Below are positions 33,901 to 45,900 of a DNA stretch of 64,000 bases, in pieces (position 1 is the stretch's first letter; every line of letters begins with the position of its first letter). Source of the stretch: Phoronis australis (taxonomy: Eukaryota; Animalia; Phoronida); the NCBI GenBank assembly GCA_002633005.1, contig NMRA01000015.1, positions 1,657,439-1,721,438 on the forward strand, read 5' to 3'. The notes under the pieces were generated by a model that did no database searches, was not told the origin of the DNA, and saw only the letters and a list, made by a program, of their open reading frames with translations. Made by a program: the position numbers and the translations under genes.

Positions 33901-36900
33901 TTTCAAACTGGTCATGTGTTTGTTGAGTTTAATAAGCTTTTATAAAAAATTATTGGACCGGAAGTCAATTTCAAGATGGCGGCTGTGGCGCATGTTCACA
34001 CGGTTTCAATCGCTCTGGTGTCGCATTTTTAACGGGACGAGTAAATGACGTGAATTTTTGCATGTGGATTCCTTGAAGTATGGCCTTTCAAAAAGTCTGC
34101 GAGAGCGTATTTCTCAGACTTANNNNNNNNNNNNNNNNNNNNNNNNNNNNNNNNNNNNNNNNNNNNNNNNNNNNNNNNNNNNNNNNNNNNNNNNNNNNNN
34201 NNNNNNNNNNNNNNNNNNNNNNNNNNNNNNNNNNNNNNNNNNNNNNNNNNNNNNNNNNNNNNNNNNNNNNNNNNNNNNNNNNNNNNNNNNNNNNNNNNNN
34301 NNNNNNNNNNNNNNNNNNNNNNNNNNNNNNNNNNNNNNNNNNNNNNNNNNNNNNNNNNNNNNNNNNNNNNNNNNNNNNNNNNNNNNNNNNNNNNNNNNNN
34401 NNNNNNNNNNNNNNNNNNNNNNNNNNNNNNNNNNNNNNNNNNNNNNNNNNNNNNNNNNNNNNNNNNNNNNNNNNNNNNNNNNNNNNNTTTATTGTAGTTG
34501 ATTGTATGCTCTCTATTTGATTTCTTCGCTAGTCACATGAATGTTATCGTGTTTGCCAAACTACCACTTTAGATAGAGTTTTGAACGGGCTTTCATTCTT
34601 TATTGTAGTTGATTGTATGCTCTCTATTTGATTTCTTCGCTAGTCACATGAATGATATCGTGTTTGTCATCTTTTCGATTAATTCCGCCAAGTGTCGCTC
34701 CTCCGAGCGCTCTCGGGTTGGAAGTCATTAAAAATACAGAGTGATATTGAATGTGCACACCCCGTAATGATGAGGACTACTTGATTTGTACATTAAAAAA
34801 TTCAACAAAAGTTGCCACACTTTAATCAATAAATTGACTGATAATATTAAGTTAGCTGCACTTCAAGACACCAGCGTCATCACTGGCTTTGATCTGTGTA
34901 AACAAACAACCAACTCACCGTCCCCCTGTACTGAGGTAACCATCTGCTCATTTATATACATCTCAATGTTACACAGGTATGATGAGGGGCCTCGGTCAAC
35001 GACTACATCATTGAGTACCTGCAAAACAGGTCTCACTGGTCAATATTCAGGTACATCGTGCGAAAGAAAGGTGAGAGACCTCGGTCAATGATTACAACAG
35101 TGAATACCTGCAAAATAGGTCTCTGATCTATCTCGTGAACAAAAGGCGAGAGACCTCGGTCAATGACCACATCAGTGAGAACCCGCTACTAAACAGGTAT
35201 GTAACTTGTAAATATAGAGGTCATTATTCTACAGGAAAGGTGAGTGACCTCCAACACAACTTAATATTACAAGAGACGTGAGGTGGTGGGGTTAAAAAAA
35301 TACCACACAGTCCATGAAAACGTAGCTCACAGTATTTGCAAGATTTCTTTCCACGATCATTATTTGCTCAGATAATATCACCCCTACATTACAACTGAAA
35401 ACCAGCATCCATTTTTGGGATTGGTGAAAAGCAAGTGGTAATGGTAAGACACTTTTCAAGAATTTATTAATCGGATACCATCCCGATTCCAGTTTCAAGT
35501 CTACTTTGGTTTTAGTGACAATGTTGTTCAGTAATGGCGAGGCTGTTCGCAAGGTGACCGAATGTCCTGTGACACTGTCCTACACTAACAGAAAAAAGAT
35601 TTGCCTGCAGCCTAGGTGACTGAGCTTGACCATTTAAGTGAATTTTTAAAAATCTTTAGCAATAGCAGACGTACATTTACATGCAGCTAAGAAGACTTTA
35701 CCTCATTTAAGCAAATTTTTTGTATATTTAGCGAGATTACAGATTGTCTAGGAGTTGATTTCGATTTGATGCTTTTCCTTAGTGGCATTAAATCATTGCA
35801 ACACTAGAAGTTCATACATAACATGTCAAGTTTTGTGCACAACCACAAATTTTAGACTTGATTTTCAATAATCTTTTTAGTAAGCCTGATATACAAATTG
35901 ACAAAACTTAAAGTACCCCCATAGCTAATACCAACTCATCAAAGCAAAATTTCCAAAGCACTACGCACTAGTAAGGGTTTACAGTTCTCCAGAGGGACCA
36001 GCGCACTGTCCTGCTTCTTCAAAATAGAGCACTTCAACCTTGACCGCAACATCAGCTTAGCTTTGCCTGCAAACAGTGGAAACCTTAGGCCTTGTTTACT
36101 TAGCAAAGGTTAGTTTTCACGTAGCAAGCCATTCAAACTCTTACTGATATTGCTGTATAAAATTAAGCTTAATCTGACTAAGAATGCACAAAATACAAAA
36201 TCTGAAGGTTAGCCGTTATCAATTCAAAACAAGAGTGGTTGGCATATGTTGTATAGCAGTTGTAAGTGGTATAGAAATATCCTATATGATGCAGTTTCTA
36301 AATTCTTATACAATTTCAACAGTAACCCAGATAGCATCCTCAAAACATCTTGACCTCTCACCTTCAATAACATTTGTTACTTCTTGACGGAAATCTTCAA
36401 ACACAGTCGGTGTCAAGAAGCCAAGTGAACCGAGGTGGAAAGCTAGCACCGGAGGCACACTTGTCTGAAACAGGGAGAAGAAATGAACTGAGATTAAGAC
36501 ACCGAGAAGAAAATAATTGAGAAAGAAACACAGGGGAAAGAAACTGAGACTCTGATTGAATATAGGACTCGCAACAGTCAAGATATTTTTGTTCATTTGC
36601 CTATTTAGATACGACTTATAGCAAAAAACGCATTCAATTCACCAATTTACCCACAATCCCTTCATGCCAAAGTATTACTAATTAAAGGTCAAGGCTAAGT
36701 TGAAACTCATACAAAACAAGTTAGAAGCGGTGAATCTTCTCATTGAAGTAACCAATGAACTGTATTTGTTCTATGGTGTTCTCCTATGAAATTAGGAATG
36801 TCAAATGATCGTGAATAAGTTATGATTTATTATTGTTTCGCATCTAGTTATTCACCTGGATAACTGATAGTGCCACCATTCTCTAACACTACACTTATGT

Positions 36901-39900
36901 TGCATGAACAGTTACTACGAGCCAGAAGAATGGTATGTAATGGTATTAAGTACATGTCTAAGGTAACCGGTCATCTGCACCTTTCATGAAAATAATGGTC
37001 AACCGTTAACGAAAAAATGATACCATCAATACAAACACATGGAGACCACTCATTGACTGAAAAACACACCTAAAACAAGGAAGATGCGTACAGCAAGGTA
37101 CCATCCCCACCCAGATATATAATCAAGTCTACCAGTTATTGACTGAACAACACACCTGGAACAAGGAAGATGCGTACAGCAAGGTACCGTCACCACCCAG
37201 ACATATAATCAAGTCTACTTTATCCTCCAAATCTTCTCCCTCACGGAATGTGTAAATATTCTTGCGCAGATCTTGAAACTCAGAACTAGCCTGAAGTAGA
37301 GCTTCTTGCTTTACCTTTTCTTCAAGAACCACCACCATGGACTTTTCCTGAAGAACATCATACGCAGGCAATGTAAAAATTGGCACTTGTCAACCCAAGA
37401 CCACCTCATTTCTGAGCCCAAGACCACCTCTAATCTGAGCCCATGGCCACCTAACTTCTGGGCCCAAGACCATCTCATTTCTAGGCCCAAAACCACCTAT
37501 ATTTGCTTGAATCAAAAACTGACCAATCGCATTGCAAGAAATTTTTAAGTTCCTTGGAAGTGTAAAATATGATCTATCAATTTCAAAGATGAGACACGTT
37601 GTTTAAATTTGGTTATTCCGAGCCCTGAGAATTTGACTTAGGCAGTGGCTGCCATAGTAACGAGAACATTTATCTCTCATGCAAATTGAAATAAGTGAAA
37701 CAGCAAATCCTGATCATAACCTTTCCTTAAAGGGGCGTTTTTACTACTTATGACCTTAGCATGAAAATCCTGGACTAGAATTATAAGATACCAGTCTCAA
37801 ATGGTTTTTCCACATCAGTGATTGATTTGTATCATTCAAACAATTGAGATATTAGGTGAAGACCTTGAAATTTTGGCAACTGTTGTTTGGTCTGAAATTT
37901 GTGAGATTTTACCGTAAGGAAAAACTTGAGGTCTAATGTTCAGTAGCCCAAATCAAAAGTTAATTTAATTGCACATTTAACCTTTTTAAAAATAAAATTA
38001 AAAATTCAAGTACAAAAACTAAAATCTTAGTAGTACAAGACAGACAAAAATTATAAACCAATCAGTTGCAGACCTACAAATAAAAGTAAAAGATAAACTA
38101 AAAAATAAAACAAAACTGTGAAATGGATACCAGTTTGCAAGACAACTGTATCCTTGTCTCACCTTAATAATGTGAAATGGATACCAGTTTGCAAGACAAG
38201 TGTATCCTTGTCTCACCTTAATAATCCATGTGATGAGCTCCAAGAACGGCGCTATTACGGTCTGGTCAAAGTGTTTCTTAATTATGAGTACAGCCAAGGG
38301 TGGTTTGCACCATGTCAGCACCATGTTGTCTGGGTCCTGCACCATGCTACAACAGAGGGCAGTCATGTTAGCGTTCTTAATGATGAGTACAGCAAATAGT
38401 GGCTTGCACCATGTTAGCTGGAGCCTGCACCATCCTACAACAGAGGGCAGTCATGTTAGCGCACTCATGTTAGCGTTCTTAATGATGAGCACAGCCATTA
38501 GTGCCTTGCACCATGTCAGCACCATGCTAGCTGGAGCCTGCACCATCCTACAACAGAGGGCAGTCATGTTAGCACAGTCATGTTAGCGTTCTTAATGATG
38601 AGTACGGCAAATATGGGCTTGCACCACGTCAGCTGGAGCCTGCACCATCCTACAACAGAGGGCAGTCATGTTAACTTTCTTAATGATGACTATAGCCAAT
38701 AGTAGCTTGCACCATGTCAGCACCACGTTAGCTGAAGCCTACACCATCCTACAACAGAGGGCAGTCATGTTAGTGCATCAATGGCCAATCAGTCATAAAA
38801 AACAAACAAGTTTCTAGACATGTTTACATTGTATCTAGAAGTGCAGAGTGTTGATTTATGCTTAACATTCTTAACTACTCAGAACCTGGTCTTAAGCAAT
38901 AACAAATAACATATTTGATGAAGGACCAATTTGGGACCAATTATAATGAATAAGATTACGTAGGACAATGGACAAATGTACTTTAGAAAGTCATGTCTCA
39001 AAAATGTCAGAGCAGATTAATTTGAAACTTTCTACTACTATGCTTTATGCAATGTCTCCCAATACATTCGGTACCATACTTTACAGTACAACGCTTTATT
39101 GCGTTCGAGGCCAGAGGCCCAAAGTACAACAACAAACATATCTACAAGCACAGTTAAATACAAAACATCAAGTTTAAGAATTTTTCTCTGGCTAAATATA
39201 CAATGTTTGCATTAGGAGTCTTTCCTAGTTGAAGTCTAATACAGGGTTATGATTATGGTTATCAGAACTTATATTTATATATTGCTGCCGGAGATCTGCA
39301 TAAGCACTGCACACCAACAAAAATTATAGTTTCTTCAACGTAGTTTATATTAAAGAAAATACAAATTCTATTACAATAATCTATTTTGTTGTGCCTTTCT
39401 GCTTCCACTATCAATTTGTGGTTCGAACAATGAAACCTTGAAATTTTTGTATAAAATGGCGCGGTAGATTTAACTGAAAGTATTCCTCTGAAGAGTAATT
39501 AATTTGAAAGATTTAAAATAGAACAGTTTGCGGTTTTCATGAATGTCAACTCCCCAACCTTGTATGTAACAATCAATCACTCTCTCAGAAATTGTTTTAA
39601 AAATGTTACTTCATATGTTACACCTTGATTTAACCACACTTCAAAGAAACCATACTCGGACAAAAGCGATCTGACAAAAGAAGCCCAATTATAAGAAAAT
39701 CTACCATTACTGTCAAGAATAAACAGCATGTCATACATATGCAGCTCAGACATACCTGCTTGTTACGTAAACAGTGGATAAGGGCTGCAAGTAGAACAAG
39801 AAGTGCTCACACCAAGCACCTTTAAAATGTTCTACGCCGTCATGCTTTTTAAACCATCAGATTTCAGCCACAAAACAAATTGTTGGAAAAATCATTTTAT

Positions 39901-42900
39901 CACATAATCCAAAACAAAGACCGTGAGGTACGTTTTGACATCGGTTACTTAACTTAGAAATGGAGACAAGACATTTGCTCCCTTGCTTTGAAAGTGTCAC
40001 CTTTGTCCAAGAGTTTTGGAGTGACAAACAGGCAAGGTATTTACACTGTCTGGTGAACGACCTCTACTGGGTGACTTCCAGAGTACCAGTTTTTGCATGT
40101 TCTCAGCGGGCCACCATTTCTAAAAACAGTTATTTTAGACTTCTTGAGGTTGACACTCATACCCCAGGACAGGAAATAATTATGAAGACGAACAGCTGAT
40201 TCAGAACGCAAAAACATATCTGCATAGAGCAGAGTAGAAATTACTGAGAAACTCTCAGTTACAAATATATCACTTTTAAGGCCCTTTCATATTGACTTAA
40301 CTCCTATCTGAGTGGAGCGTCGACGTATACTGCAATGTTAATTGGACCGTTTATACTGGCTTTGGTAGTTAATGAACATCGAAGTAAACAGTAGGTGATG
40401 CTGTCGTCCTCGAAGTTATTGCAAGGTAGCACTGCACTCCCAAGATTTTTTCAATGTGACAATTTGGGAACATTTACATATGCTAATTGACATAAAACTT
40501 ATTTTCAAATCGATTGGTGAGTATTAGAGCAAAATATAAGCAACTATTAGCGATTCCACTACCCTGTAATTGTTGATGATAACAGTGGCACCTGGCAATA
40601 ACTTTGATAGCATCGAAGATGACCGTTCATACTGCACCGCAGCATCGATGCTCCGCTCTTAAATCCACCCGTTTAGTGCAAAGTTAACTGGCGCTGTTAA
40701 CTTTGATCAAGGACCGAAGTAAAGCGTTCATACTGACAGAAACTCCCCAAAACATCGACACGTCGATGTTAGTATGAAAGGCCCTTTACGCACTCCAGAA
40801 ACTCGTTAATAAAAAAGGACTGACTTCAAAGGAATTCTTTTTAAAATGGTCCACTTTTTCAACAGGGGCTATAAAAAATTAGGACCTCTAACTGGCACAC
40901 AGTAGCAGTAGTGCGTTTATTTACAAAACAAACTAAAACCATAACTAGCATTTTACTGGATGTAGAAACAGTAGAGACACAAGTAATCAAACTAAATTTC
41001 TCTGTCCAAAAGTCACGAAAACCAACGTTCTATTGTTTTATACCTCCGGTCATAGTTAATAACTTAAAAAGTCTATCCTATCCCACAAAAATCTCCAAAA
41101 TGATTTTTTTGCAAACAACGTCTCTTCATATATTATTCCATTAAATTTCTCAACAAAAGTTACTTTTGTAAATTGCATTTTCTTTTTAGCATTTTTGATG
41201 TGATATAAGCTTGATGTGTCAAGTCACATTTTTCAACACTAAATCCCAAGCTCAGAGCAGGCCTTCATGCAGTGTACGTCCTGGGCGTCCAAATGGACGC
41301 CCCAGCACTAATATGGATGCCCTGGCAAGGACGCCCAATGTATCATTTGGACGCCCACTGTCAATAGGAACCTTTCAAGTTTGGACACACACATTGTAAT
41401 GATTACTAGGAAGCCTCTGAAGGCTCACAGTGGGGGCTCTTTTTTCAAAGCAGGAAGAAATATACAATGTATATACAAAGTATATACAATGTTGCTATGC
41501 TCACACTTGGTTGATAGCATTGTAAAAGTCTTGGTCTACACCAATGTTTTATTAAAAATGCTCACTACAGAAGGCTGTTTTGTAAACTTAGATGTAAAAA
41601 CCTTGGTCTATGCATTTTTTTGTAAAAAAAATCTGTGTGTTGGGGGGGATTGCTGGGGATGGGGGGTTACGCGTCGGAATTATGGACGCCCTGGAATATT
41701 GGGAACCTCATTTTGGACACCCTATTTTCGAAATCCTGGATGAAGGCCTGGCTCAGAGCCGAACCTTGCCTCTTAGTAACCATTGCAAGTCACTAATATA
41801 ATGCAAGCAAACTATCTTTATCAAATTCCGATAGTCAGAGTTCTCCATTTAAATCAAAAGAGGGCGCACCCATGTTAGATCACACACACACTTGTGCGAT
41901 AACAACCAAAGGCTCCATTTATTAAATTTAGAGCTTGTTTCCAGCATTTTAGAAAATCTGTTTGCTTAAATAAGTCATTGCACGAATGAGTGAAATTCGA
42001 ATAGTAAATGAAAGGATTCATTTCAGTTTACAATTTTTGAAGTGGTATTGGCATTGTAAAGTAATTTGTTTCTTTAATTCCCATTATGAAATCCACAGTA
42101 CAAAAAGCTTCCGTTTTTATCAATTAAAACCAGTCCTGAGTTTCATTCACATGCTCTCTTTTTACACATGCAGAATGCATCCATAGATTTGACAAATTGG
42201 GATGACACTAGGACCGGTGCATCATTAGAGAAGGAATTTGTCAGTTATTATACAACTAGAAATGTTTTTTGCAACATTGGTCACTATGAATATAAAACAA
42301 TTAAATCACTCAATACTCAGAACCACTTGATAGTAACTAAAATCTTCGTGTTTGATTTGTTCATCAACTATCTCCTGACAATATGCTATCATTGTCTTTC
42401 AGAATATGAGACTAAACAGAGCTTCAGTTTTATGGGCGATTCCAGCAAAGGGTGTTTGTTTGACAAACTTTTGTTACAGTTGGTATGAATTCCTCTACTT
42501 CTTACAAAGTAATCACCCCTTCACATGCAATGAGATAATCTCTATATACTCCTGAGTCAAGAAATTCTGAATGGAGAAGCGTTTCGATTAATCAGAGATC
42601 CATGAATTTGAAAAGAACAACCTCGGTTATAAATAAATCTAATTACTGTAGACACCAAAAGTAGCTTCTATACTAAACACAATTGTCTAAACCAACCTTA
42701 AAAAGACTGAAAAGAGTGCTCCCCCTGCTAAACAAATTACCCTGAATGAATAATGAAAATAGGGCGGTGAAAATTTAAAAATAGTACAAAGTGAGTAGCT
42801 GATATCAAAAGACAGGAAAGAGAGTGTAACTCCCTGTTATAACAGAGAACTCTGCATTATTTTATAGAGTTATGTCACCAAGCAAAGTTTTCTGGTGATT

Positions 42901-45900
42901 GACACAAAAATATAGCATTACTTGCTAACTGCACTAATGGTCCACAATAACAACATCTGGTTCATTGGCCCCAAGTTATGTAAGTTGACTCTGGAGCCTT
43001 GAATAAGGTAGGCCTTAATTTAACAGAGGCTATGGTTGAATAATACTGATCAATTTTGGAAAAGGTAGGCACTTTATAGGTTGTTTAATCCTGCCGGTAC
43101 CAGGGATAATTTTAGAAGCGCACCCCATGTCATTGGTGCAAAATTAATTGATTGCTTAGCTAGGGCCTATTAAAACTGGAAGCAACAATGGACAAAAGAC
43201 TAATTGGCTAACAGGTCTTTCAAATTAGTCAATATTCACTCATACGTCCATGTATTCTAATATGATCCTAGTACTAATGAAATACAATCTCAATAAATTA
43301 TTGATATTACCAAAACATAGATCCAGGGCAGAACAATCTTATCTGAAGCTATGCTCATGCACTCTTTTAACTAGTGCAGTGAAGCACAACATTGTTCACA
43401 GGTTTTATAAGAAGAAAAACAGGAATGTTTGGGAGTTCCACAAACTTTCTACTGCAACAAGTAAACAAAACACTGTGTAATCCTTCTCAGCCATACAAAA
43501 ATTTCTTTTCACAATACAACAAACAATCCTAGGTGATACAGGGTGCACGATTCACTCAAGCTTAGAAAGCATGACAAGTTCTTTTCAGAATTCAGATTCT
43601 ATGACATCATATGTAGTAATAGTTGGATATAACATACCCACATTTTGAGAACCAGTCCTCTCCACTGAAGTGAATAACGGACATCAAACTGGTTCTCAAA
43701 ATGTGGGAATGTCGAGTTATTGCCCCATATGTTATCTTACATACATGTTAAAACTACCCACGTTTTTGTATGGGGGACTGAAAACACTTACTGAACAAAG
43801 TAACCGAGGCTAATAACATTCATAATAAGCATTCATAATAACATTCAACTATATTAAGTGCGTACATATCTATGCTACATATTAAGTTTTTCCGGCACAT
43901 TTTTTCACCAACGCTCCACCGTTCTAAATTTTCTCGCCACTCTTAACGCGTGAATACGGAGTTCTTCCCGCCTCTTCACCCACTCTCAACATTGCGTCAT
44001 AGCTGCAGCTCACTGTACAACTTTTACGTAAACATGCCTCATCAACACATCTAACAAGAGAAGAAGTGGTCACTGCATCAGGTGGAACAGATATTCTTAC
44101 CAGCATTTGAAGCGAGCCAGTGATTCAAGGTAATCTCTGTGGAAAGGTTTGCAAAGCATAGCAACATCTCGTGTTTAGTATGGTGAAGCTTACAAGTTGG
44201 GACAGTGAAATATTAGTCCAGTGAAAAGAGAAGAGGTGACAATTTGTGGCTAGATTACTACACTGGTTTACAATATGTTCCGACCACGCACTAGCCCAGA
44301 CTAAGTCTAAAGAAAAAGCAACTTATGAGGGATGCCTAACGTCTTATTAACATGCAAGTCCCTCAAGCACCCAATCCCTGTTAGTGAAGCAACTAATACC
44401 AATATTGCATACCTGACATACCTGACAAACGTATTACACAACTCCTGCCATGCCCACCACCGTCCAATTTTGTTCAAAGAGGACAGAGACATGGTGACCA
44501 CTGGGCCTCTAGCTAAACCTACAGACAAGGTTACTCTTCCATCTAGACACCATAGTCATCAGACAGGCTGCCTCCTCCTATCCACACACAGATAATCTGA
44601 TCCAGGGCCACACTCCCAACACTATTACAATGACATGAATAACTCCCACATCATAACAGCAAGAGCTACACACACACAACAGGTTATCCAACCAATAGCT
44701 AGTGCGACACAAAGGTCACACTTTCACCCTTCTCCTGCTGGTCACTGTGTATGGATATTATAAATAGGTAAGTGTAAATGTGGAGGTCAACTACGATATA
44801 AAAGACATGAACATTTGCACCATTTTTGTGATGTGCATTTTGGCTAAGAATTTGGTATACCATTGAAATTCATGGGTGTCGCTCACACACAATTGGCCAT
44901 TTGAAATTGACATGCAAGATCAGTGAAAGTAGTTCTTTGTGAACCCTGCTCATAGTAAGTAAACTGTTCCAGTTGGATTGTGTAACTAACCACAGCTTAA
45001 CCCTGGTAACTAGTACTCACAAGGCCTTTTCATACTGACTCAACTCCGGTCTAAGCGGAGCGTCAACCAACATTTACTGCGAAGTTCACTAAACTGTTCA
45101 TACTGGCTTCAGTAGTTAAGGAACATCCCAGTAAACGGCAAGTGACGCTGTCGTCATCGAAATAATCGCATGGTACCGCTGCAAGCTAAGATTTTTTTAA
45201 TGTGACAATTTGGGAACATTTACATGTGCTACTTGACATAAAACATATTTTTAATTTGATTGGTGATAATTCGACCAAAATATAATGGCTAAATCACAAT
45301 CAAGGTCCATATTCGAGAGTTGACTGTGTTACGGTCTAAAATAAATTTTTTTGGTCACTTACCAAATGCCAACTGAATCTCATATGCAAAGAGTTATTTA
45401 GTTGTTCAAATTAAAAAAAGAATCATTAAAATCGGACAATGTTTGAGAAATTTATGCAAGTTTTTTCTATAAATTTCATGCATTTTTAGCGTTACGAGTT
45501 GCCATTTAAAAAATTACAATTTTCAATTGTCAACAGTAGAAAAGAAATTTATTTTATCAAGTAAACAATTACTTAGATATGACTGGGAATAACTTGAGTC
45601 ACTTTTAGAATCACTTAGATGAAGTTGTGCTTAACCATTGAGAAATGGTAGGGTTCATCATAAAACAGGCACTCATTACGAAATTTGTAAATTCTGTGTT
45701 TCTAACCCTCACCTACTGTAAAGAAGGTTTAAAACTAAAGTTCACACTCTGTAATAAAAAGAACTGCAGAATATGTTAGCCTAGGCAACACAGCAAATTA
45801 TTCAATATCTAAATAAACCAAAAGTTTGGATATTGACTGGGTTCTGCTATGTTGAAAATGGGCTAAAAAGGCTAACAAAATGTAATGTACGTACCCCCAT

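Noticed and set aside
34058-34520. 146-147 aa ORFs
   Set aside because: They run through the N gap.
38347-38773. Constant 24-bp repeat with variable 'spacers' resembling a CRISPR array
   Set aside because: The spacers are homologous to one another and to the NADK exon; this is a tandem duplication.
43900-44106. Basic amphipathic stretch ([12 protein letters not shown]) as a calmodulin-binding alternative NADK exon
   Set aside because: A stop lies immediately upstream in that frame, and I found no convincing acceptor or phase-2 donor.
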